64,000 nucleotides of DNA from Nitrospirota bacterium (lineage in GTDB: Bacteria; Nitrospirota; Thermodesulfovibrionia; Thermodesulfovibrionales; SM23-35): NCBI GenBank assembly GCA_013388455.1, contig JACAFF010000002.1:23115-87114 (forward strand), in the 5' to 3' direction. Numbering within the stretch: the stretch's first letter is position 1; every line of letters begins with the position of its first letter. The notes under the pieces were generated by a model that worked only from the letters and a program-made list of their open reading frames with translations, made no database searches and was not told where the DNA came from. The position numbers and the translations under genes are program-made. Shown piece after piece: positions 1 through 8,608 of this stretch.

Positions 1-538
1 TTGTATCTATTATTACTTTTAGCATTACTACACCAGTTAGGCCTTGTTTCTTGGCTTCAGAGGGATATTCTGGAGTAGCATTATCTGCCAGTGGCTGGGG
101 TGGGACAGCATTCTCCGGTAATTGCACAGGTTTAATCTCAGGCTGTTCAGAACCACCAGGCGGAGCAACATTCTTTGAATTGTATGCACCATAAACCGCT
201 ACCCCCTTATCTTTGCTCGGATCAGCCTCCTTTGGCGCTGTATCAGGGATGTCAGGTGGAGGTGCGAGTTCTTTTTGAACTACAGGTTCGTCCACCTGAA
301 CAACCTTCACGTCCTTTGGAATGGCAGGTGCAGCAGGTTTCGGAGGAGGTGGTTTCTTTTCCACTTCTTCCACAAAGGCCACATCAACTTTTTTCAACTC
401 TTTCTTCTGAACAGTCGTAGATTTAACCGTTGAAAAGACAAAAAAAAGTATTAAATAGAAAATGGCTGCCAATATAAGACTTGTGATCCATCTTTTGAGA
501 GAAAACCCCTCACCTTCTCTGTATATTTCGTCAAACAT
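1..538 (-). CDS. tonB: TonB-family energy transducer (3' end cut by window start)
   Basis: Minus-strand ORF absent from the track because it runs off position 1. ATG at 538-536, just downstream of the stop of the upstream gene. My translation: MFDEIYREGEGFSLKRWITSLILAAIFYLILFFVF (single N-terminal TM), then a Pro-rich spacer (EKKPPPPKPAAPAIPK, APPPDIPD), then PEYPSEAKKQGLTGVVMLKVIIDT, which looks like the start of a TonB C-terminal domain. Confidence 0.8.
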   Translation of the reverse strand, partial: MFDEIYREGEGFSLKRWITSLILAAIFYLILFFVFSTVKSTTVQKKELKKVDVAFVEEVEKKPPPPKPAAPAIPKDVKVVQVDEPVVQKELAPPPDIPDTAPKEADPSKDKGVAVYGAYNSKNVAPPGGSEQPEIKPVQLPENAVPPQPLADNATPEYPSEAKKQGLTGVVMLKVIIDT

Positions 539-539
539 C

Positions 540-1064
540 TTACCTGTATATATAGCTCAAAATTTTGTATCTGCCGTTTAATTCAACAATTGACCCGAAT
601 AGCTCTATTTCTTTTTGTTTTCCTTTTTCATCTTCTACTATTAATCTTGAATCTCTGTAAATGTTCAATTTTTTATATTGCCTTTTATCTTTTGCAAAAT
701 AAATTTTTATAAATTCAAATTTCTGACCGCCATACTCACTTAAAATCCACCTTAGAGAAGTGGATGACTTCTGGTGGAGATCTTTCCAGTAATATTCAAA
801 AGGCATATTTGTTTTAGGCCTGCTCCAAGGGATTTCGGGCCATATATATTTGTAAAATTCATCTCTGGTCATCGCTAAGTTTTCCAAAACTTTTATGTCT
901 TTTTTCATCAATGCTTCTAAAACTGAATTTGAAAGTTCTTCAACAGAGGACTTACTATTGAATAGTTCTTCACATAAACATCTGGATGGAATAATGAAAA
1001 GGAGGAGGGCAATTATCAGCCCTCCTCCTTTTTTTCTTATCCTTGTCTTGATATTTCTGTCCAT
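540..1064 (-). CDS. hypothetical exported or membrane-anchored protein
   Basis: 174-aa ORF. The N-terminus KKGGGLIIALLLFIIPSRCLC resembles a signal peptide or anchor. Its stop at 540-542 abuts the tonB ATG, so the two are likely co-transcribed. No family recognised. Confidence 0.5.
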   Translation of the reverse strand: MDRNIKTRIRKKGGGLIIALLLFIIPSRCLCEELFNSKSSVEELSNSVLEALMKKDIKVLENLAMTRDEFYKYIWPEIPWSRPKTNMPFEYYWKDLHQKSSTSLRWILSEYGGQKFEFIKIYFAKDKRQYKKLNIYRDSRLIVEDEKGKQKEIELFGSIVELNGRYKILSYIYR

Positions 1065-1097
1065 TCTATACTCTGTTTGGGTATTCTGAATGAACTC

Positions 1098-2786
1098 CTA
1101 TTCGTATACTGTCCAACCGGCCGTCCAGTCATTGTCTGGATCAACTCCCCCGATAAATGTTACCTGCTCAAAGAATCCATCATTCGGGGGTGTAGCTACA
1201 GGAACTGTCCCGTTTACAGCAGGTGAACCAGAAGCTGGCCTGAAGTCAGGATTTGTATGGTCATATGGATTTACAAGCATCGGGTCAATTGTTGCATTAT
1301 TATCCATCATTGTAGTTGCAAAATATTCAGTAGTGAATGGAGGAGTGAAATTCTTTTCATCAGAATCATCACTGAATGGTAATGTCCCACCTGGACCACA
1401 ATTGTAAAAAATACTATTGTCTACAATAAGATTTCCAGCCTGTGCCTGTGCAAAAGTCGTTGCATGGTCAATCTCGAGTCCCTTATCCTTGAACCCGACA
1501 ACTATTGCATTGTATATCTTAGCTGCTGTGCCGTGTCTTAAGAGCATACCGAGGTCACTCTCTGTGCCATAGTTTGCAGTCGGATCACCGACTAAAGTCA
1601 CGTTATAAATTGTAGGATTAGAACGGGGGGCATAATCCTCATTTTCCTGATTATTATCGGCTTCAAATCCGTTGTCAGCATCATCTCCTCTTTGCTGGGC
1701 TATAAGGAATTGTGCTTTCCCCTGCCAACCATCTGTCCAGTCGAAGCAATCATCGCCGATGTTAGTCACGATTACATATTTAAAGTTCACTGTGCCGCCA
1801 AAACATTCGATACCATCATCCTTGTTCATATGTACCTGCACATGGTCTACAGTTGTACCGGCACCAACACCCTGGAAAGCTATTCCGTTTAATTCATTCT
1901 CAGGGCTAAACTCATGTCCGGCATACTCGACACGAACATAACGGAGTGTGCCGCTGTTATCATTTGGATCATTTCCTCCATAGACACCTGTATCACCTTC
2001 TCCATAGGCGATTCCTCCAGGAACATTCAGGGGAGCGTTCCCATTAATTATTAATCCTCCCCAGTCACTCCTTGCCTTCAAGCCTTCAGGTTGTTCACTG
2101 GTAAAGACAATCGGAGCAGCCTGGGTTCCAACAGCATTTATTTTCGCACCCTGTGCAATAATCAATGTGCCGATAGATGCTGTCTCACCATAAATTGTAG
2201 TGCCAGGTTGTATTGTAAGGGTAGCTGGCGGCAGAATAAATACCGCACCTCTTAATAGAACCTGCCCGCTCCATGTGGTATCCTCAGTTATATTGCCTGA
2301 GACAATTTGAGTCTGACTTAAGCTTCCAGTAAAATTACCTTTAATATTTATTGTCCCGGTTGTGGCAAGATCATTGAAAATTATGTCTGCTTTAAATTTA
2401 TATTTTCCGCTAATGGTTCCGTTTTTTTGTTCCTTGCCTGTGAAGCTTACTGTTGTGACAGTTACAGTTGTGTTGTACCCGTCTGCTGAGAGGTCTGCTT
2501 CTATAGAGTCTGCAAGCTGTGCTGTATCTAAAGAAACAGTGAATTTCTTACCATCCTGGCTCCATGTTCCTTTAACATCGTCTCCATCAAAGATTCCCCC
2601 AGTCTGGAATATCCATGTAGATGTAACAGACTGACTCTCATTTTCTGACCCATGTCCATGAATTTTCAGCTTTGTCGTTTCGGTACTCTGGATAGTCCAT
2701 GTCCCTTCAACTGCTGCAGAAGCGAGAGTTCCATAAACAATGATCAAAAAAACTGCAAGAAAAAACATCATAAACCTTTTCATCAA
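1098..2786 (-). CDS. secreted right-handed parallel beta-helix protein, function unknown
   Basis: 562 aa with signal peptide MMKRFMMFFLAVFLIIVYGTLASA. A beta-rich N-terminal ~140 aa is followed by periodic G/N/D-rich turns (IINGNAPLNVPGG, GVGAGTTVDHVQVH, DDGIECFGGTVNF, GDDCFDWTDGW, DDADNGFEADNN) typical of beta-helix folds. Confidence 0.6.
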   Translation of the reverse strand: MMKRFMMFFLAVFLIIVYGTLASAAVEGTWTIQSTETTKLKIHGHGSENESQSVTSTWIFQTGGIFDGDDVKGTWSQDGKKFTVSLDTAQLADSIEADLSADGYNTTVTVTTVSFTGKEQKNGTISGKYKFKADIIFNDLATTGTINIKGNFTGSLSQTQIVSGNITEDTTWSGQVLLRGAVFILPPATLTIQPGTTIYGETASIGTLIIAQGAKINAVGTQAAPIVFTSEQPEGLKARSDWGGLIINGNAPLNVPGGIAYGEGDTGVYGGNDPNDNSGTLRYVRVEYAGHEFSPENELNGIAFQGVGAGTTVDHVQVHMNKDDGIECFGGTVNFKYVIVTNIGDDCFDWTDGWQGKAQFLIAQQRGDDADNGFEADNNQENEDYAPRSNPTIYNVTLVGDPTANYGTESDLGMLLRHGTAAKIYNAIVVGFKDKGLEIDHATTFAQAQAGNLIVDNSIFYNCGPGGTLPFSDDSDEKNFTPPFTTEYFATTMMDNNATIDPMLVNPYDHTNPDFRPASGSPAVNGTVPVATPPNDGFFEQVTFIGGVDPDNDWTAGWTVYE

Positions 2787-3021
2787 TACACCTCCATTTT
2801 TTATTTATGCTTTTTAAAAGCATGTCTTATCAACAATCTCTCAATCTTTTTCCAAAGTATTAGAACCCCTGATCGAGAGATGTATAAAGATTGAACATTA
2901 AAACGTGATAATTTTTTTAAACGATTTTGTATTTTTGTTATGTTAGTAAATTAGTGTTAAAAAAATATGAAGCTATCATTAAATTTAGGTTAAACTGAAA
3001 GTCATGTCTTCTATTGATTTG

Positions 3022-3052
3022 TAAAAAAATACCCTCCCATTTTCAGGGAGGG
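3022..3052 (-). terminator. rho-independent terminator downstream of the porin gene
   Basis: Read on the minus strand: CCCTCCC-TGAAAAT-GGGAGGG stem-loop followed by TATTTTTTT, about 34 nt after the porin stop. It also belongs to the G/C-hairpin repeat family seen at 17057, 43173, 50771 and 55861. Confidence 0.65.
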
Positions 3053-3085
3053 TAAGGGGGGATAGCAAGGCTTTTTATCTGACGT

Positions 3086-4228
3086 TTAAAGAGCTACTTG
3101 CAGGGTTAGCTGGACTCTTTTGTCGTCTTCTTTGGTATTGTCTTCATACTGAACTGTATCATAGTCAAGCACAATCATATTCTTGTGTGGTTTATCCAGA
3201 TGATATGCAATACCGAAAATATATCTGGTATTTTCATCGTCATCAGCGTCGTCATTCGGATCAAAGTAATCATATCTGCCTATTACGCTGATTTTTTTAT
3301 GTGGCTTTATTTCTGTGAATATTGAGTAGCCGTCTTTATTGTATTCATCAGTACCTTTCTGATTGCCTTTACCGTCATAATACTGGCCGGTGAGAACAAT
3401 ATATTCATGCTCGAAGCTTGCCATTCCGAGGTTTACATTCCAATCAGGTTCCGTTTCTTTATTACCCTTTCCAATGATTCCGAAATATGACAACTGGAGT
3501 CCCGGGACTATATCAGGAAGTGGCCTGATTGTTAGTCTTCCCTCAAATACCTTGTTGCCATTCTCTTCAGATGCATGATAACCACCGCCATTATAAACCC
3601 CGAAGGCCAAACTTCCATAACGCCCCGGGTATTTATTGTTAACCTTCTTTTGATACTCTTCATTAATCTCCCCACCGAGCAGAGATACAACGGTCAGTCC
3701 AAAATCTGCAGAATTGAACGTGCTATTCCTTTCAAGGAACATGGTATCCTGACACCTGAACCAGTTGACATGTTCTTCAAAGTCAAGCCATGGCATATGT
3801 ACAATACCGACTTCCATAAAAGGATGAGTAAAGAAAGCAAATTCAGGGAATTTAAATTTTGCATATGCATACTTTATTCTCACATCTACAGAGCCGTTGA
3901 GACTGCTGTCTTCATCTTTAACCTGAGTAACATCAAATGTCATATGTGCATCCATCCAGGGCATAAGTGCTTTTGTAAACCTGAAATAACCTCTTTTAAT
4001 AGCGAACTTGTTATGGCTTTCACCGTCACCGGCGCTGCCGCCAACATCTTTACCTTCTCCGTTCATATAAGAGAGGTACCATAAAAGATTGAATTTAATA
4101 TCCTTGAGGGCTTTTACTACTTTTTCGATATCCTTTTCGGATACCTCTTCTTCCGTTGCCATTGCTGCCCCAGCCATAAAAATGAGGCAACAAAGACTTA
4201 CAACCAATGCGAACAACTTTTTCTTCAT
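3086..4228 (-). CDS. phosphate-selective porin O/P-like outer-membrane porin
   Basis: 380 aa with signal peptide MKKKLFALVVSLCCLIFMAGAAMA. Alternating beta-strand pattern and an aromatic-rich C-terminal strand (VQLTLQVAL). The RGYFRF and KYAYAKF motifs resemble the Porin_O_P family. Located next to phoR/phoB and pit. Confidence 0.65.
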   Translation of the reverse strand: MKKKLFALVVSLCCLIFMAGAAMATEEEVSEKDIEKVVKALKDIKFNLLWYLSYMNGEGKDVGGSAGDGESHNKFAIKRGYFRFTKALMPWMDAHMTFDVTQVKDEDSSLNGSVDVRIKYAYAKFKFPEFAFFTHPFMEVGIVHMPWLDFEEHVNWFRCQDTMFLERNSTFNSADFGLTVVSLLGGEINEEYQKKVNNKYPGRYGSLAFGVYNGGGYHASEENGNKVFEGRLTIRPLPDIVPGLQLSYFGIIGKGNKETEPDWNVNLGMASFEHEYIVLTGQYYDGKGNQKGTDEYNKDGYSIFTEIKPHKKISVIGRYDYFDPNDDADDDENTRYIFGIAYHLDKPHKNMIVLDYDTVQYEDNTKEDDKRVQLTLQVAL

Positions 4229-4321
4229 ACAAAATCCTCCTTCTAATTTTTTTAACAGACATAGAATATTACTTCAGAGAAGTTCTAAGCCGTTACGAAA
4301 TAATTCGGGTTAGTTTACCGA

Positions 4322-4343
4322 TAGAATGTTACAGAAATGTTAA
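4322..4343 (-). promoter_or_regulatory. candidate Pho-box-like tandem direct repeat upstream of the porin gene
   Basis: Minus-strand reading is TTAACATTTCT-GTAACATTCTA: two adjacent 11-nt units sharing the core TAACATT, about 95-115 nt upstream of the porin ATG. A third near-identical unit GTAATATTCTA lies at 4262-4272. The 7+4 periodicity matches the PhoB-box architecture, but the sequence differs from the E. coli consensus. Confidence 0.3.
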
Positions 4344-4371
4344 AAACAAATTAAATTTCGGTTAACGCGGT

Positions 4372-6198
4372 TTATGTAACCGTACAAATAATCTTTACTG
4401 TTGTTCCTTTACCCTCGACACTCTCGATAACCATATCCCATCCGTGTGCTTTTACAAGATGTTTGACAATAGCAAGGCCGAGGCCTGTTCCCCCTAATTC
4501 ACGGGAACGTGCTGTATCTACTCTGTAAAAACGTTCACCCAGACGAGGGATATGTTTTTTGGGAATGCCGATTCCTGTATCTTCAATGGAAATTTCGATA
4601 AAATTTATCAAATTGTCATTCCGAGCGGACCGAGAAATCTCGCCTTTTGAGATTGCTTCGGCTTCTCCTCGCAATGACAAAGAGGAATTTCTACTTTGAA
4701 CTTTAACTGTTACACCTCCTTTCTCTGTAAATTTAATCCCGTTGTCAACGAGATTTAGAAGTATCTGGATAAAACGATTCCTGTCTGCCTGTATTTCCTG
4801 TAACTCAACAGGTATCTGCTTTTCAAGATTAAGTCCCTTTTTCTGTGCCTTTTCTTTGAGTGTATTAAACACAGTATCTACAACTTCATTAAGATTAACC
4901 GTGGTCTTTTCAATCTTTATATCCCCAAGTTCTATCCTCGATAAAGTCAGAAGATCACTCACGAGTGAATTTAATCGTTCACTATGGGCCTTAATTGTTT
5001 CGATAAATTTTCGTGCATTTTCTTTCTCATCAAGAGCACCTTCAAGGAGTGTTTCAGCAAAACCCTTAATAGCAGTAACAGGCGTTTTCATCTCATGCGA
5101 TACATTAGCTACAAAATCTTTTCTGATGTTTTCGAGTTTTTTAAGCCTTGAAATATCATGGAATGTTATAACCACTCCTGTTACTTCACTCTTTATACTG
5201 AATGGTGCAGCTGTAGCTACAAGATGAATCTCTTTAGGATAACTGATTTCTATCTCAAGAGATATCCTATCTCCTGTTTCGATAACCTTTTCTATCAACT
5301 CCATCAACTCAGCTTTTCTCAGGGTCTCTAACAGTGTTTTACCTTCAATACTTGATGTTAAACCAAAAAGTCTTGCTACAGCATCATTGCTCAGGATGAT
5401 GATGCCCTTCTTATCAGTCAATAATAATCCGTCTGACATATTTCTCAAGATGGCCTCAATCTTATTTTTCTCATCCTCACTCTGCTGGAGTCTAAAGCTA
5501 AGCTCTTTAGCCATTTCATTAATATTTTTTCCTAATTCGCCCAACTCTCCTTTTTCTTTTAGGAATAACCTCTTCCTGAAATTTCCTGATGCAACATCCT
5601 TTGAAAATAAAGTTATCTCTTCAATAGATTTGGTAATTCTTTCTGTCTGTATAAGTCCTACCATAATAACGATAAATAAAACTAACAATGCTCCCACAAT
5701 AATCTTCATCCTTATTTCATTTATTGCTTTTTCTATATGTTGAAGAGGTACTGATAACCTCAGAAAAAATCTGTTGGGTTCTTGATTTACAGAAATTGCA
5801 AGATAGAAAAAGTTTTTTGAAATAGTTTTACTGAAGCGAATTGAACTTCCTGTGTCACTAATCATTGCATCTCTTATCTCAGGCCTGTTGAGATGATTCT
5901 CCATTAAGCGTGAAGATTCATCAGAATCTCCCAAAACTCGCCCTGAATTGTCAATGATTGTAATTCTGGAACCTGTTTTTTCTTTATATGTCCTGCAGAA
6001 TTCATCAAGATTTATTTCAGCAGAAACAGATTGAATTTTTTCTGCAATGAGGTGTGCCTGTATAATAAGGTTTTCTCTGAGATTAAAAAGGTAACTATTC
6101 TTTATAACACTCGAAAGATAAAATTGAAGTGGAAGAACGAGAAGCGGGGTAATTATAAGATATAAAAACAAGATTCTTTTGAATAATATCCTTTTCAT
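4372..6198 (-). CDS. phoR: PhoR-like sensor histidine kinase (TM-HAMP-PAS-HisKA-HATPase)
   Basis: 608 aa. Two hydrophobic segments, H-box DFVANVSHEMKTPVTAIKGF, and ATPase boxes LLNLVDNGIKFT, DTGIGI and GGTGLGLAIVK. Its start overlaps the stop of the upstream response-regulator gene at 6198. It carries a repeat-derived insert (see 4615-4678). Confidence 0.8.
   Translation of the reverse strand: MKRILFKRILFLYLIITPLLVLPLQFYLSSVIKNSYLFNLRENLIIQAHLIAEKIQSVSAEINLDEFCRTYKEKTGSRITIIDNSGRVLGDSDESSRLMENHLNRPEIRDAMISDTGSSIRFSKTISKNFFYLAISVNQEPNRFFLRLSVPLQHIEKAINEIRMKIIVGALLVLFIVIMVGLIQTERITKSIEEITLFSKDVASGNFRKRLFLKEKGELGELGKNINEMAKELSFRLQQSEDEKNKIEAILRNMSDGLLLTDKKGIIILSNDAVARLFGLTSSIEGKTLLETLRKAELMELIEKVIETGDRISLEIEISYPKEIHLVATAAPFSIKSEVTGVVITFHDISRLKKLENIRKDFVANVSHEMKTPVTAIKGFAETLLEGALDEKENARKFIETIKAHSERLNSLVSDLLTLSRIELGDIKIEKTTVNLNEVVDTVFNTLKEKAQKKGLNLEKQIPVELQEIQADRNRFIQILLNLVDNGIKFTEKGGVTVKVQSRNSSLSLRGEAEAISKGEISRSARNDNLINFIEISIEDTGIGIPKKHIPRLGERFYRVDTARSRELGGTGLGLAIVKHLVKAHGWDMVIESVEGKGTTVKIICTVT
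4615..4678. repeat. palindromic short repeat (family 1, GTCATTSCGAG...CTCGCAATGAC) inside phoR
   Basis: gtcattccgagcggaccgagaaatctcgccttttgagattgcttcggcttctcctcgcaatgac; the two arms are imperfect reverse complements. Related copies lie at 35752-35794, 42701-42735 and 43879-43915, with a fragment at about 30979-30996. Confidence 0.75.
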
Positions 6199-6896
6199 TA
6201 CTTCCCGTCAAAGAAATAACCTATACCACGCATTGTCTTTATATATTTTGGGTTTGCAGGGTCTTCCTCGATATTAGCCCTTAACCTTCTGATGTGTACG
6301 TCTACTGTTCTTGGTTCGACGAAAGCCTCATCGCGCCATATTGCATCGAGGAGTTGATCTCTGTTGAATACTTTACCTTTTCTCTCAGCAAGAAATAAAA
6401 GTAGCTTAAACTCAGTTGCGCTAAGTTTTACCGGCTTACCTTTTATTGAAACTGTGTATCTTTCTGTGTCTATCTCGAGATCGCCAATTGTTAAAACTTT
6501 CTGAGTTACTGATTTTTCTACAAATCTTCTGAGAACAGCTTTAACTCTGGCTATGAGTTCCCTCGGGCTAAAAGGTTTTGTTATATAATCGTCTGCGCCC
6601 ATCTCGAGACCAATCACTCTGTCAACTTCTTCTCCTTTTGCGGTCAACATGATTATAGGAAGATTTACTGTCTTTGGATCGTTTTTTAAGATTCGGCAGA
6701 GTTCAATCCCCTGAATTCCTGGAAGCATAAGATCGAGAATGATAAGATCATATTTGTCTTTTCTTATCTTTTTGAGAGCACCCTCACCATCTGTTGATGA
6801 GTCAACTATAAAGCCCTCTTTTTTGAGATTATACGAAACAAGCTCGATAAGATCTACCTCGTCATCAACAACAAGTATATGTTTTTGAAAGTTCAC
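6198..6896 (-). CDS. phoB: OmpR/PhoB-family response regulator
   Basis: 232 aa. Receiver domain (VVDDEVD, ILDLMLPG, LTAKG) plus a winged-helix output domain (LSATEFKLLLFL, RTVDVHIRRLR, MRGIGYFF). Directly upstream of the PhoR-like kinase. Confidence 0.8.
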   Translation of the reverse strand: MNFQKHILVVDDEVDLIELVSYNLKKEGFIVDSSTDGEGALKKIRKDKYDLIILDLMLPGIQGIELCRILKNDPKTVNLPIIMLTAKGEEVDRVIGLEMGADDYITKPFSPRELIARVKAVLRRFVEKSVTQKVLTIGDLEIDTERYTVSIKGKPVKLSATEFKLLLFLAERKGKVFNRDQLLDAIWRDEAFVEPRTVDVHIRRLRANIEEDPANPKYIKTMRGIGYFFDGK

Positions 6897-6997
6897 ATTA
6901 TACTTATAGCATTATTTTTTAAACTTGTGCAACACATATTAGTTTTATTGACTTTCGATTAATTTTTATTTATTCTAATTCGCTGAGGGGTGCTTTT

Positions 6998-7621
6998 ATG
7001 AAAGTGAAAATATTTCCAAAAGATGTTGATTTTTTTTCTATTTTTGAAAAAGCTGCGAGTAATGTTACCCATGCAGCTACTCTTTTTGTTGGTATAATGG
7101 AATATTTTTCAAACCTGGAAGCCTGGGCAAAAGAAGTGCATGAACTTGAACAGGAAGGTGATGTTTATACACATGATATAATCAGAAAGCTAAATAAATC
7201 TTTTGTTACTCCGATTGATCGAGAAGATATACATGCCCTTGCATCAAGACTGGATGATATACTCGACCTACTATGGAATGCTGCTGATAGGCTAACTGTC
7301 TTCAAACTTAAAGAGTCAACCAAATGGGGGATCATCATGGCAAAAGATCTCCTCGCTACAGTAGAACTTGTAGAAAAAGCTATAAAGAAATTGAAAGACA
7401 AGAACTATGCCCATATTCAGGAATACTGTATTGAGATTAATAAGCTGGAAAACAAAATGGATAGGGGTTTCAGAGATGCACTCGGACACTTGTTTGATGA
7501 AATAAAAGACCCGATACTTATTATTAAATGGAAAGAAATATACGAGCATCTTGAAGATGCTTCTGACAGGTGTGAGGATGTTGCCAATATATTAGAAGCT
7601 ATTGTTCTGAAGTATGCTTGA
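6998..7621 (+). CDS. DUF47 / PhoU-like Pit accessory protein
   Basis: 207 aa, all-helical. Contains HELEQEGD, TPIDREDI and the paired LDDILD / EDASDRCEDV motifs characteristic of the PhoU-related DUF47 family. Overlaps the pit start by 8 nt. Confidence 0.75.
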   Translation: MKVKIFPKDVDFFSIFEKAASNVTHAATLFVGIMEYFSNLEAWAKEVHELEQEGDVYTHDIIRKLNKSFVTPIDREDIHALASRLDDILDLLWNAADRLTVFKLKESTKWGIIMAKDLLATVELVEKAIKKLKDKNYAHIQEYCIEINKLENKMDRGFRDALGHLFDEIKDPILIIKWKEIYEHLEDASDRCEDVANILEAIVLKYA

Positions 7622-8597
7622 TATTGTCCTCATTGTTGTTTTTCTCGCTATCTTATTTGACATAAGTAATGGTTATAATGATTCAGCAAATGCTATTGCA
7701 ACTGTAGTTTCAACCCGTGTCCTGAAACCTTCACAGGCAGTTTTGCTTGCTGGTTTTTTAAATGTCCTCGGCGCATTCCTCACAACTGCTGTAGCCAAAA
7801 CAATAGGTAAGGGGGTTGTTGACCCTAAGGCGATTACTGAGGGTGTAGTTGCATCATCTCTTTTAGCTGGTTTCATCTGGAATAGTGCAATGACGCGGTT
7901 TGGTTTGCCTGTTAGTGCTTCTCATGCACTTATCGGAGGTTTAATTGGGGCTTCTGTATCGCACGGCGGGTTTTCTATTCTTAATGTGCAAGGATTAAAA
8001 ACAATCTTTTTATCTCTCCTTTTATCGCCTATCCTTGGAATAATTTTTGGATATTGTTTTATGAAATTTATTCTCGCTTTATGCGCTAATCTTTCTACAT
8101 GTGCAGTAAATAAATATTTCGGTAAACTTCAGATTGTTTCAGCGAGTTTTATGGCATTCAGCCATGGTTCAAATGATGCACAAAAAGTAATGGGCATTAT
8201 TACACTTTCGCTTATCAGTGGTGGTTACATTCATTCTCTTGAAGTCCCTTTATGGGTAATCCTTGCATGTGCTCTTGCAATGGGATTAGGAACAGCTATA
8301 GGTGGCTGGAAAGTGATTAAGACCATGGGCATAAAAATGCTAAAACTTGAGCCCGTGCATGGATTTGCAGCAGAGACATCAGCAACCGCAGTAATTCTCG
8401 GAGCAAGCCATTTTGGTCTTCCTGTCAGTACAACCCACGTTATTGCCACAGCAATTATGGGGGTTGGTGCAACAAAAAGATTAACTGCTGTGAGATGGGG
8501 TATCGGGAGAAAGATTGTCAATGCATGGATCTTTACCTTGCCTGCATGTTCGATTGCTGCATGGATTGTATATAAGATAGTTGCTGTATTTTCTTAA
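7614..8597 (+). CDS. pit: inorganic phosphate transporter, PiT (PHO4) family
   Basis: 327 aa, polytopic. Duplicated signature GYNDSANAIATVVSTR and HGSNDAQKVMG. Confidence 0.9.
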   Translation: MLDIVLIVVFLAILFDISNGYNDSANAIATVVSTRVLKPSQAVLLAGFLNVLGAFLTTAVAKTIGKGVVDPKAITEGVVASSLLAGFIWNSAMTRFGLPVSASHALIGGLIGASVSHGGFSILNVQGLKTIFLSLLLSPILGIIFGYCFMKFILALCANLSTCAVNKYFGKLQIVSASFMAFSHGSNDAQKVMGIITLSLISGGYIHSLEVPLWVILACALAMGLGTAIGGWKVIKTMGIKMLKLEPVHGFAAETSATAVILGASHFGLPVSTTHVIATAIMGVGATKRLTAVRWGIGRKIVNAWIFTLPACSIAAWIVYKIVAVFS

Positions 8598-8608
8598 CCT
8601 TAAAGCTC

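Noticed and set aside
440-447. Apparent frameshift in tonB at an A8/T8 homopolymer, separating the TM segment from the Pro-rich region
   Set aside because: Recounting the tract (8 T on the minus strand: CTT TTT TTT GTC) shows the frame is continuous (…LILFFVFSTVKS…). My first reading miscounted the run. The gene looks intact but is cut by the window edge.
3575-4084. 169-aa plus-strand ORF antisense to the porin gene; similar cases at 4742-5227, 5387-5743, 47644-48084 and 55137-55685
   Set aside because: Each is fully contained in a well-supported gene on the opposite strand, and the proteins are compositionally odd (Ile/Phe/Ser-rich). Treated as non-coding.
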